The notes beneath the pieces were generated by a model. The model was not told the DNA's origin. It did not search any database and saw only the letters and a list, made by a program, of their open reading frames with translations. The translations under genes and the position numbers were made by a program. A DNA stretch of 63,592 nt from Oculina patagonica (Eukaryota), in the NCBI RefSeq assembly GCF_052425735.1, contig NC_135761.1:63178001-63241592 (forward strand). Reading direction: 5' to 3'. Below, piece after piece: positions 26,201-38,200 of the stretch. The first letter of the stretch is position 1. Every line of letters starts with the position of its first letter.

Positions 26201-29200
26201 TGATACAATGTTTCCCGTAGCGTTTAGTATCAAAACGCGGTAAAACAAAATCACTGTTTCTAAGCGAGTGTGTAGTGTCTTTGCGGACAAAAAGGGCAGA
26301 GACGTTGTCTGGCGCAAGCCCGTTCTTGACCTTGTACATAAGCGTTGCTGTATCTTGTAAACGCCTATTATATAATTGCCTATTATATAATTGTAAAATT
26401 GTCGTCACTATAATTTGCGATTAAATTTGTTCTAACAGTGTCAGCTACCAACTAAAAAAGTTCTAAAACCAACTAAAAAAGTTATGTACTAACTTTCAAA
26501 TATAAAAGATTTAAATCATTGTTCGTGGAGGCAAATAATTTTTGCAGCATTCACGAAAACATTTGTAGACTTACACGGCAATTTGTTTGTTCTAACTCAA
26601 GATGGTGGAAGTACAACTAAAGCTTTGAGGCTGCGAGATGGTAACAATACGCGCAGTGGACGAGTTGAGATTTACTACAGTGGCTCATGGGAAGCTATCT
26701 GTTACGATGGCTGGGATATCCATGATGCCTTTGTGGCGTGTCAACAGCTTGGCTTTTCCGGTGCCGATAGTATCACACGGGAAACAGGCTCAGGAATTAC
26801 CAGTACCTTGAAAAGAGTGCAGTGTAAAGGAAACGAAAATACACTGGGAGACTGTGTTCATGGTGATTGGAGTGTGGGGAATTGCAGTTATGGATATGCT
26901 GGAGTTATTTGTACTGGTAAGTTTTACTTCAGAAGTAGCTTATAAACGGGATTTTTTGTAATTGTCACTCAATCGTTTTATTTCTCGTCACGTAATTTTG
27001 TACTGTCACGTCACTCAAATTTTCCTCCCTCGTGTTAGGGAAGACAGAATGCGTTACAAGCCATTAGAAAATTTGCCTGACAAACAGAAAGAGTATATTT
27101 GTAGGAGACAGGTCAACCATCCAAGATATTTTTGTCAAGTTGCCCAAAAAAGTATACCCATTTCCCTGAGCACGATTTTCGGTATATCATTTTAAAGAAC
27201 GTTTAGCTAATCCAGTTTTTTTTTTTACTATTCAGTGAGGTTTTCTGTTTATATTTTGTGTACTTCAGTTTTGACGTCCACTAATCTCAAACTCCACTAA
27301 ACACTTTTTAAACAAGAAGAATCGAACCCTTGATCAACTTTTATTCCTGCGTTAGTTGGCTTTCGAACAACCCGGCCCTGGCACTATGACAGAAAGATCC
27401 AATAGGCCCGCCCACCGTGCCACCGTGTGTCACTTTTTAAATCTAATATTTTTTTCATCTTCCCTCTCTGTATAATGTAGCGGAAGGAACTGCCGAAGGA
27501 AACATACGTCTCCGCGGCGGCAGCTCTGAAAAAGAAGGCCGTGTCGAAGTGTTCCACCGAGGGGAATGGGGCACAGTTTGTGATGACGGCTGGAAGAAAG
27601 AGAACGCTCGAGTCGTCTGCTTTGAACTTGGGTTCACAAGCGTGAAAAAAATTAAGCAGAGTTTTGGACCAGGGGTGGGGAGAGTGTGGCTGGATAGAGT
27701 TAACTGCAATGGAAGTGAATCTGCCCTGGTGAATTGTCATCATAATGGCTGGGGCTCTACTCCTTGCCGACATTCAGAAGATGTTGGTGTAATTTGCTCA
27801 GGTTAGTTGTGAGTTTGTTTATTAACCGGATGCTGTATTCATTTTCTTTTCGTTTAGTTTTTTTATATCTCTAACTAGATGTTACTTGTAGCCTGGTCGT
27901 AGTTTTTTTCCTTCTTGTTTCTTCTTAATCAAGTTCGAGCCGTGAAGCGGAGACTACAAAGCACGAATTATGTCCTCTTATCTTTAAAGTAAAAGCTAAT
28001 TGTTTTTAATTTTCCTTTTTCAGACGAAGCTTATGTCGGCTGTTATACAGATAAGCCCCAGCATGTCATGACCCACGAATTCACATCGCCAAGTAAGAAC
28101 GAACAATGTTGTATATTCTTTCTATAAATAGGATAACGTTATTTTTCCAACTCTAAGATGACTTTCGTAGTGTGCGGCGATTTTCAAACATTCAGATCGC
28201 GCGGCACACGCGCGAATTGATCATCGTCAAGCTCAACGCACGAACACGCGCGCGGAATGTTTCTCGTCATCGATGATGAGGGTCATACGAAACCTGCTTA
28301 CCTTCCTGGTATTCTTCTCGCTTGGTGGCAAAATATCGAATAATTTTTTCCATTTTTTTCCATAACGATTGAGAAAAAGGATGCGTTTAATGTTTAATTT
28401 TTTCCCACACAGAATAAATTAAATCATTTATTCTGACCGACGTTTTCCGTAACTTTAATAGCTATGACCCCGGTAAAATGTGTACGCCGTTGTCAAAGCA
28501 AGGGATTCAAGTACGCAGGCTTGGAATGGGCCAATGAATGCTACTGTGGAGATCACGTGAGTTAGAATTATGTCTGCCCTCGAAGATGTTTGCACCTGTG
28601 TTTGCATAAACCTTAAAAAAATGATGGGCTCCCTCAGAATTTGAACCCATGGCATCCGCCCTACTGGTGTGATGCTCTACCAACTGAGCTATTGTCAGCT
28701 CATATGCTTAGTGAAAACTATGAATGACATTAGGCCTTTTTACAATTATTTAAAATGGAATTGTGTTTGCGAGGATTTTGTTCATAATTGGAATGTATAT
28801 TTCGTCCTCTTGAGGAAATTATGTGAAGTAATTTTTGCAAAGGTTTGAAACTAAAAGCCTCAAAGCCAATTTAAAATTGAACTTGTTGGGGGAAACGATT
28901 TTGCGATAGACTGAAAGCTTTTTAAAACTTGACAAGAAGTTGTTTTTATATTTAATCCTGTTTTATTTACAGTATGATAGATATGGAAATGCTACTTCAT
29001 GTAACCTCCCTTGTCTTGGAGACACCAATAAAATCTGTGGAGGACCGTGGGCGCTATCTGTTTATAATACTGGTGAGGATCTTGATTTGGCTAGTTCACT
29101 GAGAATCCAAGAAACCATTTTAATGACTTGTATAGTATTTGGACGAGTGGCTTTTGCCAATATACGATACAAAACCTCACATGCACCAGTTTAGATTTCT

Positions 29201-32200
29201 CTGGAAAAACAATGTCTCTAGGCTTCGCCTTCGACTCAAATTTTACTGCCACGCACGCTCATAGTCACAAAATTTGTATCGTCTTAGTTTCGCCGACAAA
29301 TGAGCACTAAATAAAGAAGTTTCTTTTTGGAATTAAACCAGAAAGACAACTGTTTGTCCTTCTGCTATATACGATGGTATTAGACCGTCTGCAAGTCTGT
29401 ATTGTCTGAATGTGTAGCTTAAAAATGATCGGCATAACAATTTACTTTTTTAAAAAACGTTTTATTTTCAAATTGTTTCTCCGTAGATCCAGCAATAGTA
29501 CCAACTGCAATACCGGGACACGCCGCTGTAACACAGAGTAAATAACTTCATTGCATTTGTTACATTAGTTTTACAACCCTTGCTTTGAGTTTTTTCCAAA
29601 CTTTCCTTCAATTTTGACCTTCCATGGACTTTTCACCATATACAGTAAAAACCCGCGAGTAAGAACCAAACATTTAAGAACCTGTTAGACTGAAATTTGC
29701 AAATCAGATACCATTTTTATAAGAACCTATTTATCCTAAAATTTAAAAACAGGTTCTTATTTTCTAAAATTGATTAAATATGTCTACTTTTGGGAAAATA
29801 TGATAAGTCAACATTCTGGATCCTCTTTGGAGATACGTAACCTTGTCCTAGAAGCCTTTTTACACCAGATGTAATGCAAATTTTACACAAGAAAAAGGCC
29901 GAATACCACTAAAATCTCTATTTAACAACATTAAAAATTTTTCTTCAGAAATTAAGAACCTATTAAGAACCTAATTAGCCTGAAAAACAATAGGTTCTTA
30001 CTCGCGGGTTTTTACTGTATTATGATTGGATATTTTTTTTAGGTTGCACAAGACGTATTTATTACCTCCTACAGTGGCACTATCAGATCCCTCAGCAATT
30101 CTACGGTGGAGATCACAGATCGGGTTGGGTCTCATCGCCTGAATTTCCTACCAATTATCTCCACAGTACTATCTGCATCTGGGTATTAAACCTCTTGCCT
30201 GGGACGCGAGCAAAAATAACTTTCAAGTCTTTCTACACGGGTAAGTCCTCTTTTAACAAAAAAGGCGCACACAATACTTTGTGTCGTATAAAATTAAGTA
30301 TACCGTTTGTCTTCCCCGTGAATGAACGGCACGCAATGCATGCAGAAGCGATGACGTTTCACAAAGGGAAAATAAAAAGAGAAAAATACAAAGGGAAAAT
30401 AACATAAATAAAATTGTTCAACAAAAGACATCCGATATACGATATTCTCACGTGCAAGGTCAAAGGCTGTCTCGTAACATTTTTTCCTGCGGTTAGTTCC
30501 CAATCTGGCTCTATTGATCAGTCTATCGCGCGCAACAGACTAAAAGGTCCGCTCCATTCCCCTGTTGGCATTAAGCGATGCCGTCGTGACGTCATCACTA
30601 AAAAATGCGCTTGTCAGCAGTTTTAGTATGCACATAAAAGGCATTCTTGATCGCGACCTCTGGGTACGAGAATGCATAAAAGGAAGACGTTTTGCATTTG
30701 TTGTGAGCCGCGTAAGATTTTTTGGCATTATTGATGTGGTTGTTGTTCACCGTGGGGTAAGATAGTAGGACGTTGAACGTTTAAGATTTTTTAATCGAGT
30801 AAGATTTTTTTGTCGATTTGTACATTGTTGTATTTCATGAGTGATTCTGCACAAGCTCCTTCAATTAGCAATCATATATTTTAATTGTTGTTAACCACTT
30901 TTTAAAAAAATAATACATAATGATATTTTAATTGTTTGTTCTTCTGCTAGAAAAATATTACGACTACATTGAAATAAGAGATGGCGAGAAGGACTATTCC
31001 GAGCCGTTCCTGACCCCGTCTGGGGGATTCTCTGGCAACTATAGCTACTCTGTCACGGCGTCTGGTAATGTGATGTGGATCAAATTCTACACAGACTCTT
31101 CAGTGTCCAAGAAAGGATTTAATCTGACATACGAAGCCGTTGGTAAATTCATGTTCTATAAATTCATTATACTTTCCTTGTTAGTTTTTCTGAACTTGTC
31201 GGTCTCTAAAGTGGTAATGCTGTTACTACCACCTCTTTGAACAAGCCACCTCCGTTGTTCAGGAAATAATATGCAGTAGGTTGTGGTATTATACCTAGCC
31301 CTAGTAAGCCATGAGTACACCATAAGGAATCGTAGAGGCACGTCACTGAAAGGCCAATAGAAATAAACACATACGGGGTCAATAGAGTTACACGATTAAA
31401 GGGTCAACAGAGGCACAAAACTAAAAGGACAACAGAGGTACACAAATAAGAGGCCTGGCACTATTAAATGCACGCGATACTAGGGACTAGTAGAGGTGCA
31501 CGATAAAGGGCTCAGTAGAGGCACATAACTATAAGGCATATGTAGGTATAAAAATATGGAGCCAGTAGAGGTACACACAAAAGGCACTTTTAGATGGACT
31601 TGATAAAAAGACCAATATATACACGCAACTAAGAGGCCAACAGATGTCCAATTAACACTTATGTCCAGGATTGAACGCAAGTATTGTTTAATGAGTACTT
31701 CATGTTTGACTGTGTTATTTGACATTCCATATAACTTCATATTTGACAAATTTTGGTGTGTTTTGGTGAACTTTTGTTGATGAGGACACTTTGTGATGGC
31801 TGTCATGAGGAACGTAAATCTCATTAGCGTTCAATCCTGGACATATCTGCTAATTAAGAGGCCAATAGAGGCTCGCTTTTAAGGGGTCGACAGAGGTACA
31901 CGATAAAGGGGCCAATAAAAGGTACATAACTAAGCGACAATAAAGGGTTCACAATTAAGACGTGCATGACTAAGGGTACAGGGAATGGTTTATAAAAATA
32001 GCTGGTCCAACAGCATCTTAATTTCATTTTTCTTGACAGGTGCCCCTACTGCTGCTCCGCCGAGTACCCCGCCAATAACTGCAACTATTCCGCCATCAGA
32101 ACTGCCTCTTTATCAGATGGTAGAGGGAGGTACGTTAAAACACCTCATAACATCTTCCTTTGTATTTTTTTACGCGGAAACGCCCCAGGGGCGGATTAAG

Positions 32201-35200
32201 GTGGAGGCTGCAGGGGTGCGCACCCCCCCCCCCACCCCCCGTGAGATTACCTGCAGCTTTCTAATACAACTGGTATTCTGCAAAAAAAAAACTATGTGGT
32301 TAATTGGTACACCCCCTCCTAAGAAAAATCCTGGATCCGCCTCTGCGCCCATGCTGTTGCCGTACGTTTAATCTTTATTTTAACATATTTGTTGCACACA
32401 CAGTTCACTGTTCATCATATAATTTTCATTTGGGTGAGAACGGAAAAACCATTACAAAGAAGTAAAAAAGATATGAAAAAGATATGAAAATAAATTAAAA
32501 AAATTTAAATGAGGGTCCTGAAGGAGGGGTTTAATCCCATTTCTCACCCTTTTGTTTTTCAAAATTTTTAAAATCCCAGTCCCAGTTCTATTGTTTTCCT
32601 GTCTGTGATTCCCAGTCCCAGTGACACAAATCCCATTTCCCCAATGAAAATTTGCCCAAATTCCAGTTTCCACTGTACCCCTTAAGGCCCCTCTTTAATG
32701 ACCCCTTTTGACTGAAGCACGCAGGCCATATAACAAGGGCAAAAGACGAGGATCCATATTTAACAGCTTAGACCGAGAAAACGAGGTTATTGGAAGGTTA
32801 TTCGAGACATTATATGCAATGAAATCTCTTGACATGTTTTTTCCTTTAGCGCAGTTTCCCGTTGTCAAAAACGTGATTTTCCTATGCGATACATCATGAA
32901 TAACCACTTCCTTTGTTTTTAAAGGATGCGGTGTTTCGGATGCTGTGAACACGACTTTTGGTTACTTTGACTGGTTTCACAACACTGGCTTCGTTCGAAG
33001 CCCAAACTACCCGTCAAACTACCCCAACAACCAGCTCTGTCGATGGTCCGTTAAGGTCGCACCAGGCTACCGAATATTGGTTACCGTAGATGTGGCAGAC
33101 ATTGCCTACGCAACTCATGCGGGGAAACTGGGTGACAGTTTGCAAGTGGATGACGGGAAATCTTTAAAGCGCTCCCATGATAACATGGCGCCGTGGACGT
33201 TTTTGTCGGCAGGTCATCATCTCCGTATTCTGTTTGTCACTGACTCAGATGACACTGCAAAAGGGTTTTATCTACGTTACGAAAGAGGTATTTGAGTTTT
33301 AAAAATTACTTTTTATTTGTGGTAGATTGTAAAACTTTGTGTTTCACCTGTCTACAATGTATTTAAATGTGCTTTCCATACATGGAATAGTAACAACGTA
33401 GGTTACGTTGCGTTTGCGTTACCAATTTTTCCGTTTCATTGTGTTACATTGTGTCACGTTATCGGTGAAATTCTTGTCACGTAATGTTCCTTTGTGGCAG
33501 CCACGTCTACAAAACGAACTGCTTGACATGACGTAACACTGATCGCTGACTTACTTTGACTGTGCTTCAACCAATAAAAAAATTTACAAGGTTATCACTA
33601 CCAAATCAGAAGTATCAGGATTGCGTGACACTTTCGAAGTCACGCAATTTTTCCTACTCAAAAGATTGCGCACTGATGTTTATCTGTTTTAACAAACACC
33701 TGCACAAGTACAATTAATTCATGTTATTAAATAAATGTACCTTTTTTTAATTTCTTTATGTCAATATTTTAACTGCTAGTAATGCTGCTTTGTTAACCAA
33801 GCAATATCACTGTACCTAAAAATAATTTTGTAAGCCTAAAATTAAATTTTTCTTTCTACTCTTCTTAAATACAGCCTCAATACTAAGTAATTCATTATTC
33901 ATATAGTTCAAGTTAATACTCATCATGTAATGGAATCTAAGTTTAAATGTAAAACCTTACTTGTGACCCCTTGTTGGTCAGTTAACATTGCTTTTGTGTG
34001 GCTAATTGAAAGAACTTTGAGTGGAAAAGCGCTGTTTGCATACTTCTTTCTTGTACATAGACAAACCCTCCTGCCTGTATGTGTGTACTGTAAATTAGTT
34101 CTTACTTTGAAGCAGCTTACTAAAATAAGGCTTTGATTCTTTGCCTGCTGTTCACATGCAAATAATCTTGCGAAATTTGTCTATATATTTTGCATGCAAA
34201 AACGTGAATTTTATGTAGAGTTTTCGTTGCATTTCGAACAACTGTAAAACATATATATTCTGCACTAACCGTAATCTTATGAAGATCTTTACTTGTTTAT
34301 TAATTCTGAAATGTCTCCACTCAGGCTTTGCACCACTAGAGTACAGTAGAGTATTTGCACCTGTATTGCAACAACCATGATTTGGAATCCAGATGAAGTC
34401 TCAAAATTTTGTAAACTTTCTATTCTTACTTTATAACTTTCACTGGCACTCTCTTATCTTTCCGCTGCAGTTTACAGTTTTGTGTTCTAGTCTTCTTTTC
34501 CTCCATCGGCTGTTTCAATGTTCGAGAAATGGTCGTGTTTCTTTAAGATGGTTACGACTTGAGGATCGCCTGAGCCAATTTTAATTTATTTATTCATGTT
34601 CAGTCAATATAACTGAAGAAAGTTCTACCATTCACACGCCAATCTTGACGTCCTCGGTAGAGGCATCATCGGTACAGACTTCTTCGGTACAGACTTCTTC
34701 GGTAAAGACTTCTTCGACAGAGGCATCTGTTTCGAGCCAGATGACTTCTACAGGTAAAGATATCGCTTTTTCTGCATGGTGGTTATTGACCTGGAACTCG
34801 CTGCATGAGACCGATAGTGCTTAGTGCATGCACAGGCAGCATACATGGAAGTTGATACGTAACTTATCGTCGCGAGAGTCAAGATCGAATTAAGAATTAC
34901 CTCATTAATGTTTTTTTAGCGGTTTATGTTTGCGAATCAGGCCATATATTCGAATTCGATCTGGAACAGTGGATGTTGAGCCACTGCAGATTATTGATTT
35001 ATTTATTTTCTATTTTACAATTCAAGCAAAATACGACTGAGGCCGGTTGTTTAAAGGGCAGATGAAAAAGTCCAAGTGGAGTCCACTCTGGACGACTTGA
35101 CATCCGCCATGTTGTTACGTCAGGCTATTGTTTCGCGCGTTTCCAAACGTTGACATTATTCTGGACTGACGACAATCCAGTGTATACGTTTTTACAAAAC

Positions 35201-38200
35201 TAACTGAGCTTTCCACTAATTTTTCCGCTGGACAACGTTATCCATCCTTTGAAAAACCTAGGCCTTATGAGTAAATATAAACCGCTCTATTAAATAGAAA
35301 ACCGTTTCATAAAATTTGTATTATATCGTTTGCATGAATTTCAGAATGATTAGAAAAACGACGCTGAATGGAAAAATATAAATATCACTGACCAGATTTC
35401 CCGCAAAAGCTGGCGGCCGTTTAGTTTAACTGTAACTATGATAAAAAACTGTTTTCTTAAAGCTGCCTTGAATTTTTTCAATCTAACTTATTAACATTAT
35501 GGCTGATTGGCTTGCTGTTAATGTTAATTTACTAACAGTTCATTGATATATTTACGCTCAGCCCAATTAATCCAGGCGACAAGTACATCAACTGTGCTAA
35601 TATCAACAATCCAGGCCGCAACAAGCTCTCCTGGCAGAGGTATAACCGTTTTAATTATCAGCTTAATATCCAGCATGAAACAATAATATAAGAGTAGGAA
35701 ATTATCGACTAATTGATTGAAATAAAGAACTTTTGTGTGTGCGCGTGCCTGCGGGCGCGTACACTCGAGATACGCGTTGAGCGAGAGAAAGCAAGTGTGC
35801 GAGAAAGTAACTAACTTTGATTGCGAGGGAATGGTTGAAGAGAATGAGAGAAAAAAAACAAAAGAATGAGTCGATCTGTAGTTATCACCCACAATGCATT
35901 CCACTCACTACACCACACCACTTAGTTAACTCGATAGTTTTTAGTGAGAGAGTTAAAGTTTTACGAGCTAATAATTAAAATAATATGAAATAGTAAACAT
36001 TCTTATAAAGAATGAAACAGCCAATGAAGACAAATTAAGTAAACTTTACCAAACTTTTTTTTATAAGAAACTGAGAAAGATTTTGGAGTTATTGAGAGCC
36101 AGGGCTTTTCGGAAAATTTTCTTAGCCTTTATTATTTTTGTGACACGGTCAGATCAGCAACGAAGGTTTTTTGAAGGCAAATTTGGCCCCAGACGTCGCA
36201 ACCACTGGCAAATGATTCTAGATGGAAACAAAATTTAACTTGCATGTGGTGTAATTTTAAAAGGATATGCTAAGGAAAGACTTAAATAAATTTGCAAGAG
36301 AATAACATAAACTTTTAATTTGTCGACTCCCAAAATTTCAAGAAAACCGTATAATTTGAAACTAAAATAAAGCAGAGATTGCTAAAGAGGCTGGTACCAC
36401 GAGAAACATGTTCTTTCAACTTGTTTGACGACAATGTTTACGATGTAAGTTGAAAAGCATCGTCGTGCATATCTCCGCCCGTGTTACAAGTTGCGGCAAC
36501 ATGTTGCGTAAAGTAGCTATGAATGTTTGCGGTGCCCCCCCCCCCCCCCCCTCCCTCCTAACATTGTTGCATGACAAGTTGTAGGAAAATGTTGCTCTTA
36601 TTACTTGGCCCTAAGTTAACAATAACACTAAAAACAGAGCATCAGATTAAACTATAACCTTGATGATGATAACACTTCGAAAACGTTCGGTGCTTCCAAT
36701 GTTTTCATAGTTTTTATAGCCTAATATATAAACCATAAACAAATTTCATATTTATTTTTCGTTTCGTATTGATCCCAATTTGCTGCGAACAGCACCGATT
36801 CATCAGACTGACATTACCATGACAACAATGACTTCATTGTCGACGACCGTCATGACGTCAAGGTCGGCATCACCTACGATCACTATGACGTCATCTACTG
36901 TCACTATGACGTCATCCATGATCACTGCGACGCAACTTACTAAACAATCCGCTACAGATACTAAATATGAACCAACATCTACCAGAGGTAATGTGGTTAC
37001 TTGCACTTTTCTAGCTAACTGTGTTGTTGTCAAGTAACACATGCATTCGAAACTGCAAATAACTGTAAGTAACTGCAATGCCCTAAAACGCAAACTCGAC
37101 CTGACCTACATCGTCCGTTAGGCTCTGAAGATGATGATGATGTAAAATATAACTTACATTGTTGTTCTTACTGGTGTTGTCTTTGTTGTTGTTGTTGTTT
37201 TCGTCTTCGTTGTTGTTGTTGTTAGTGTGGTGTTTGTTAGTCAAACAGCGAAATCCTGATTTGTGGACCCCCCCCCCCCTAAAACTTAGACCGAAAAGTG
37301 ATTTGCCTTCAATCAGTCGAACACCGTAATTTTACACCTGATTTCTCGAAATCCCTGACTTTTCGAACCAGTTTGTGCTTCCCCTGGAGATTCGAGAAAT
37401 CGGGATCGTACTGTATTTACAAAGACAATAAAAGTACTTTAGTAAAACCACTAAACTTAAGCCCCAAAAAGTTTAATATTTAAGAGAGAACCTTTCGGAC
37501 TTTAAACTATTCATAGTGGATATCTTAACTTAAGAAATGTAAACTGTATTTAGATCTTGTGGATGAATTGAGTACACCTCGTAATAACAAAATTGCAAGA
37601 GTCAAGTTGGCATTTTATGTTCCTTGGTTTGTTTGAAATAATTGTCTGCCAATAATTTTGTTTACCCGATCTTGCTACTAATTAGCACAGTTGCTAATCG
37701 TAACCTTCTTCAGCTGCTGATATCGAAGCTGTATCGGCCCATGTAAGGCTAACTGAGAATAAATGTAATTCAAACTTTACCCTTTAATTCCACCTACAAA
37801 TTTTCGCATACTGGTCAATATATACTTCCTATGGTACTAGGTGATTAGTTGAAATTAGAAGACCGCAAAACAAAAAAGGTTTCAAAATGTTTTAAGATCA
37901 GATCACAAGTCTGCTTCAAATACAGACATAGAAGCCATTCGTGAAGGGGAACGTTGATCATGTGCCGCAGGCGAACGAGCCACGTGACACAATTTCAAGC
38001 AGCTGCGTCTATGTTTGAAATCGACTTGTGGTCCCACGAGCAATCAGGCGAAAGCGTTCTTGGTTTAAATGGTTTTACTGCGTAGTGTTTTGTATAGAGT
38101 GTTTTCACTCATGTGACCAGGGCCATATTGGTTTACTAAAACAAAAGATCATATTTTCATTAAAATAAGAGTTCAATTCCCGGAGGAATGGCTTGGGTGG

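Noticed and set aside
28620-28692. tRNA-like sequence on the minus strand
   Set aside because: Only degenerate A/B boxes and no convincing cloverleaf; more likely a decayed tRNA-derived repeat head.
31330-31980. CRISPR-like spaced repeats
   Set aside because: Degenerate units without unique spacers of constant length, in a eukaryotic intron, with no cas genes.
37714-37742. Possible extra stalk micro-exon (cag|ctgctg...cccat|gtaagg)
   Set aside because: At 29 nt it would shift the frame between phase-1 neighbours; the alternative acceptor at 37690 is also out of phase.
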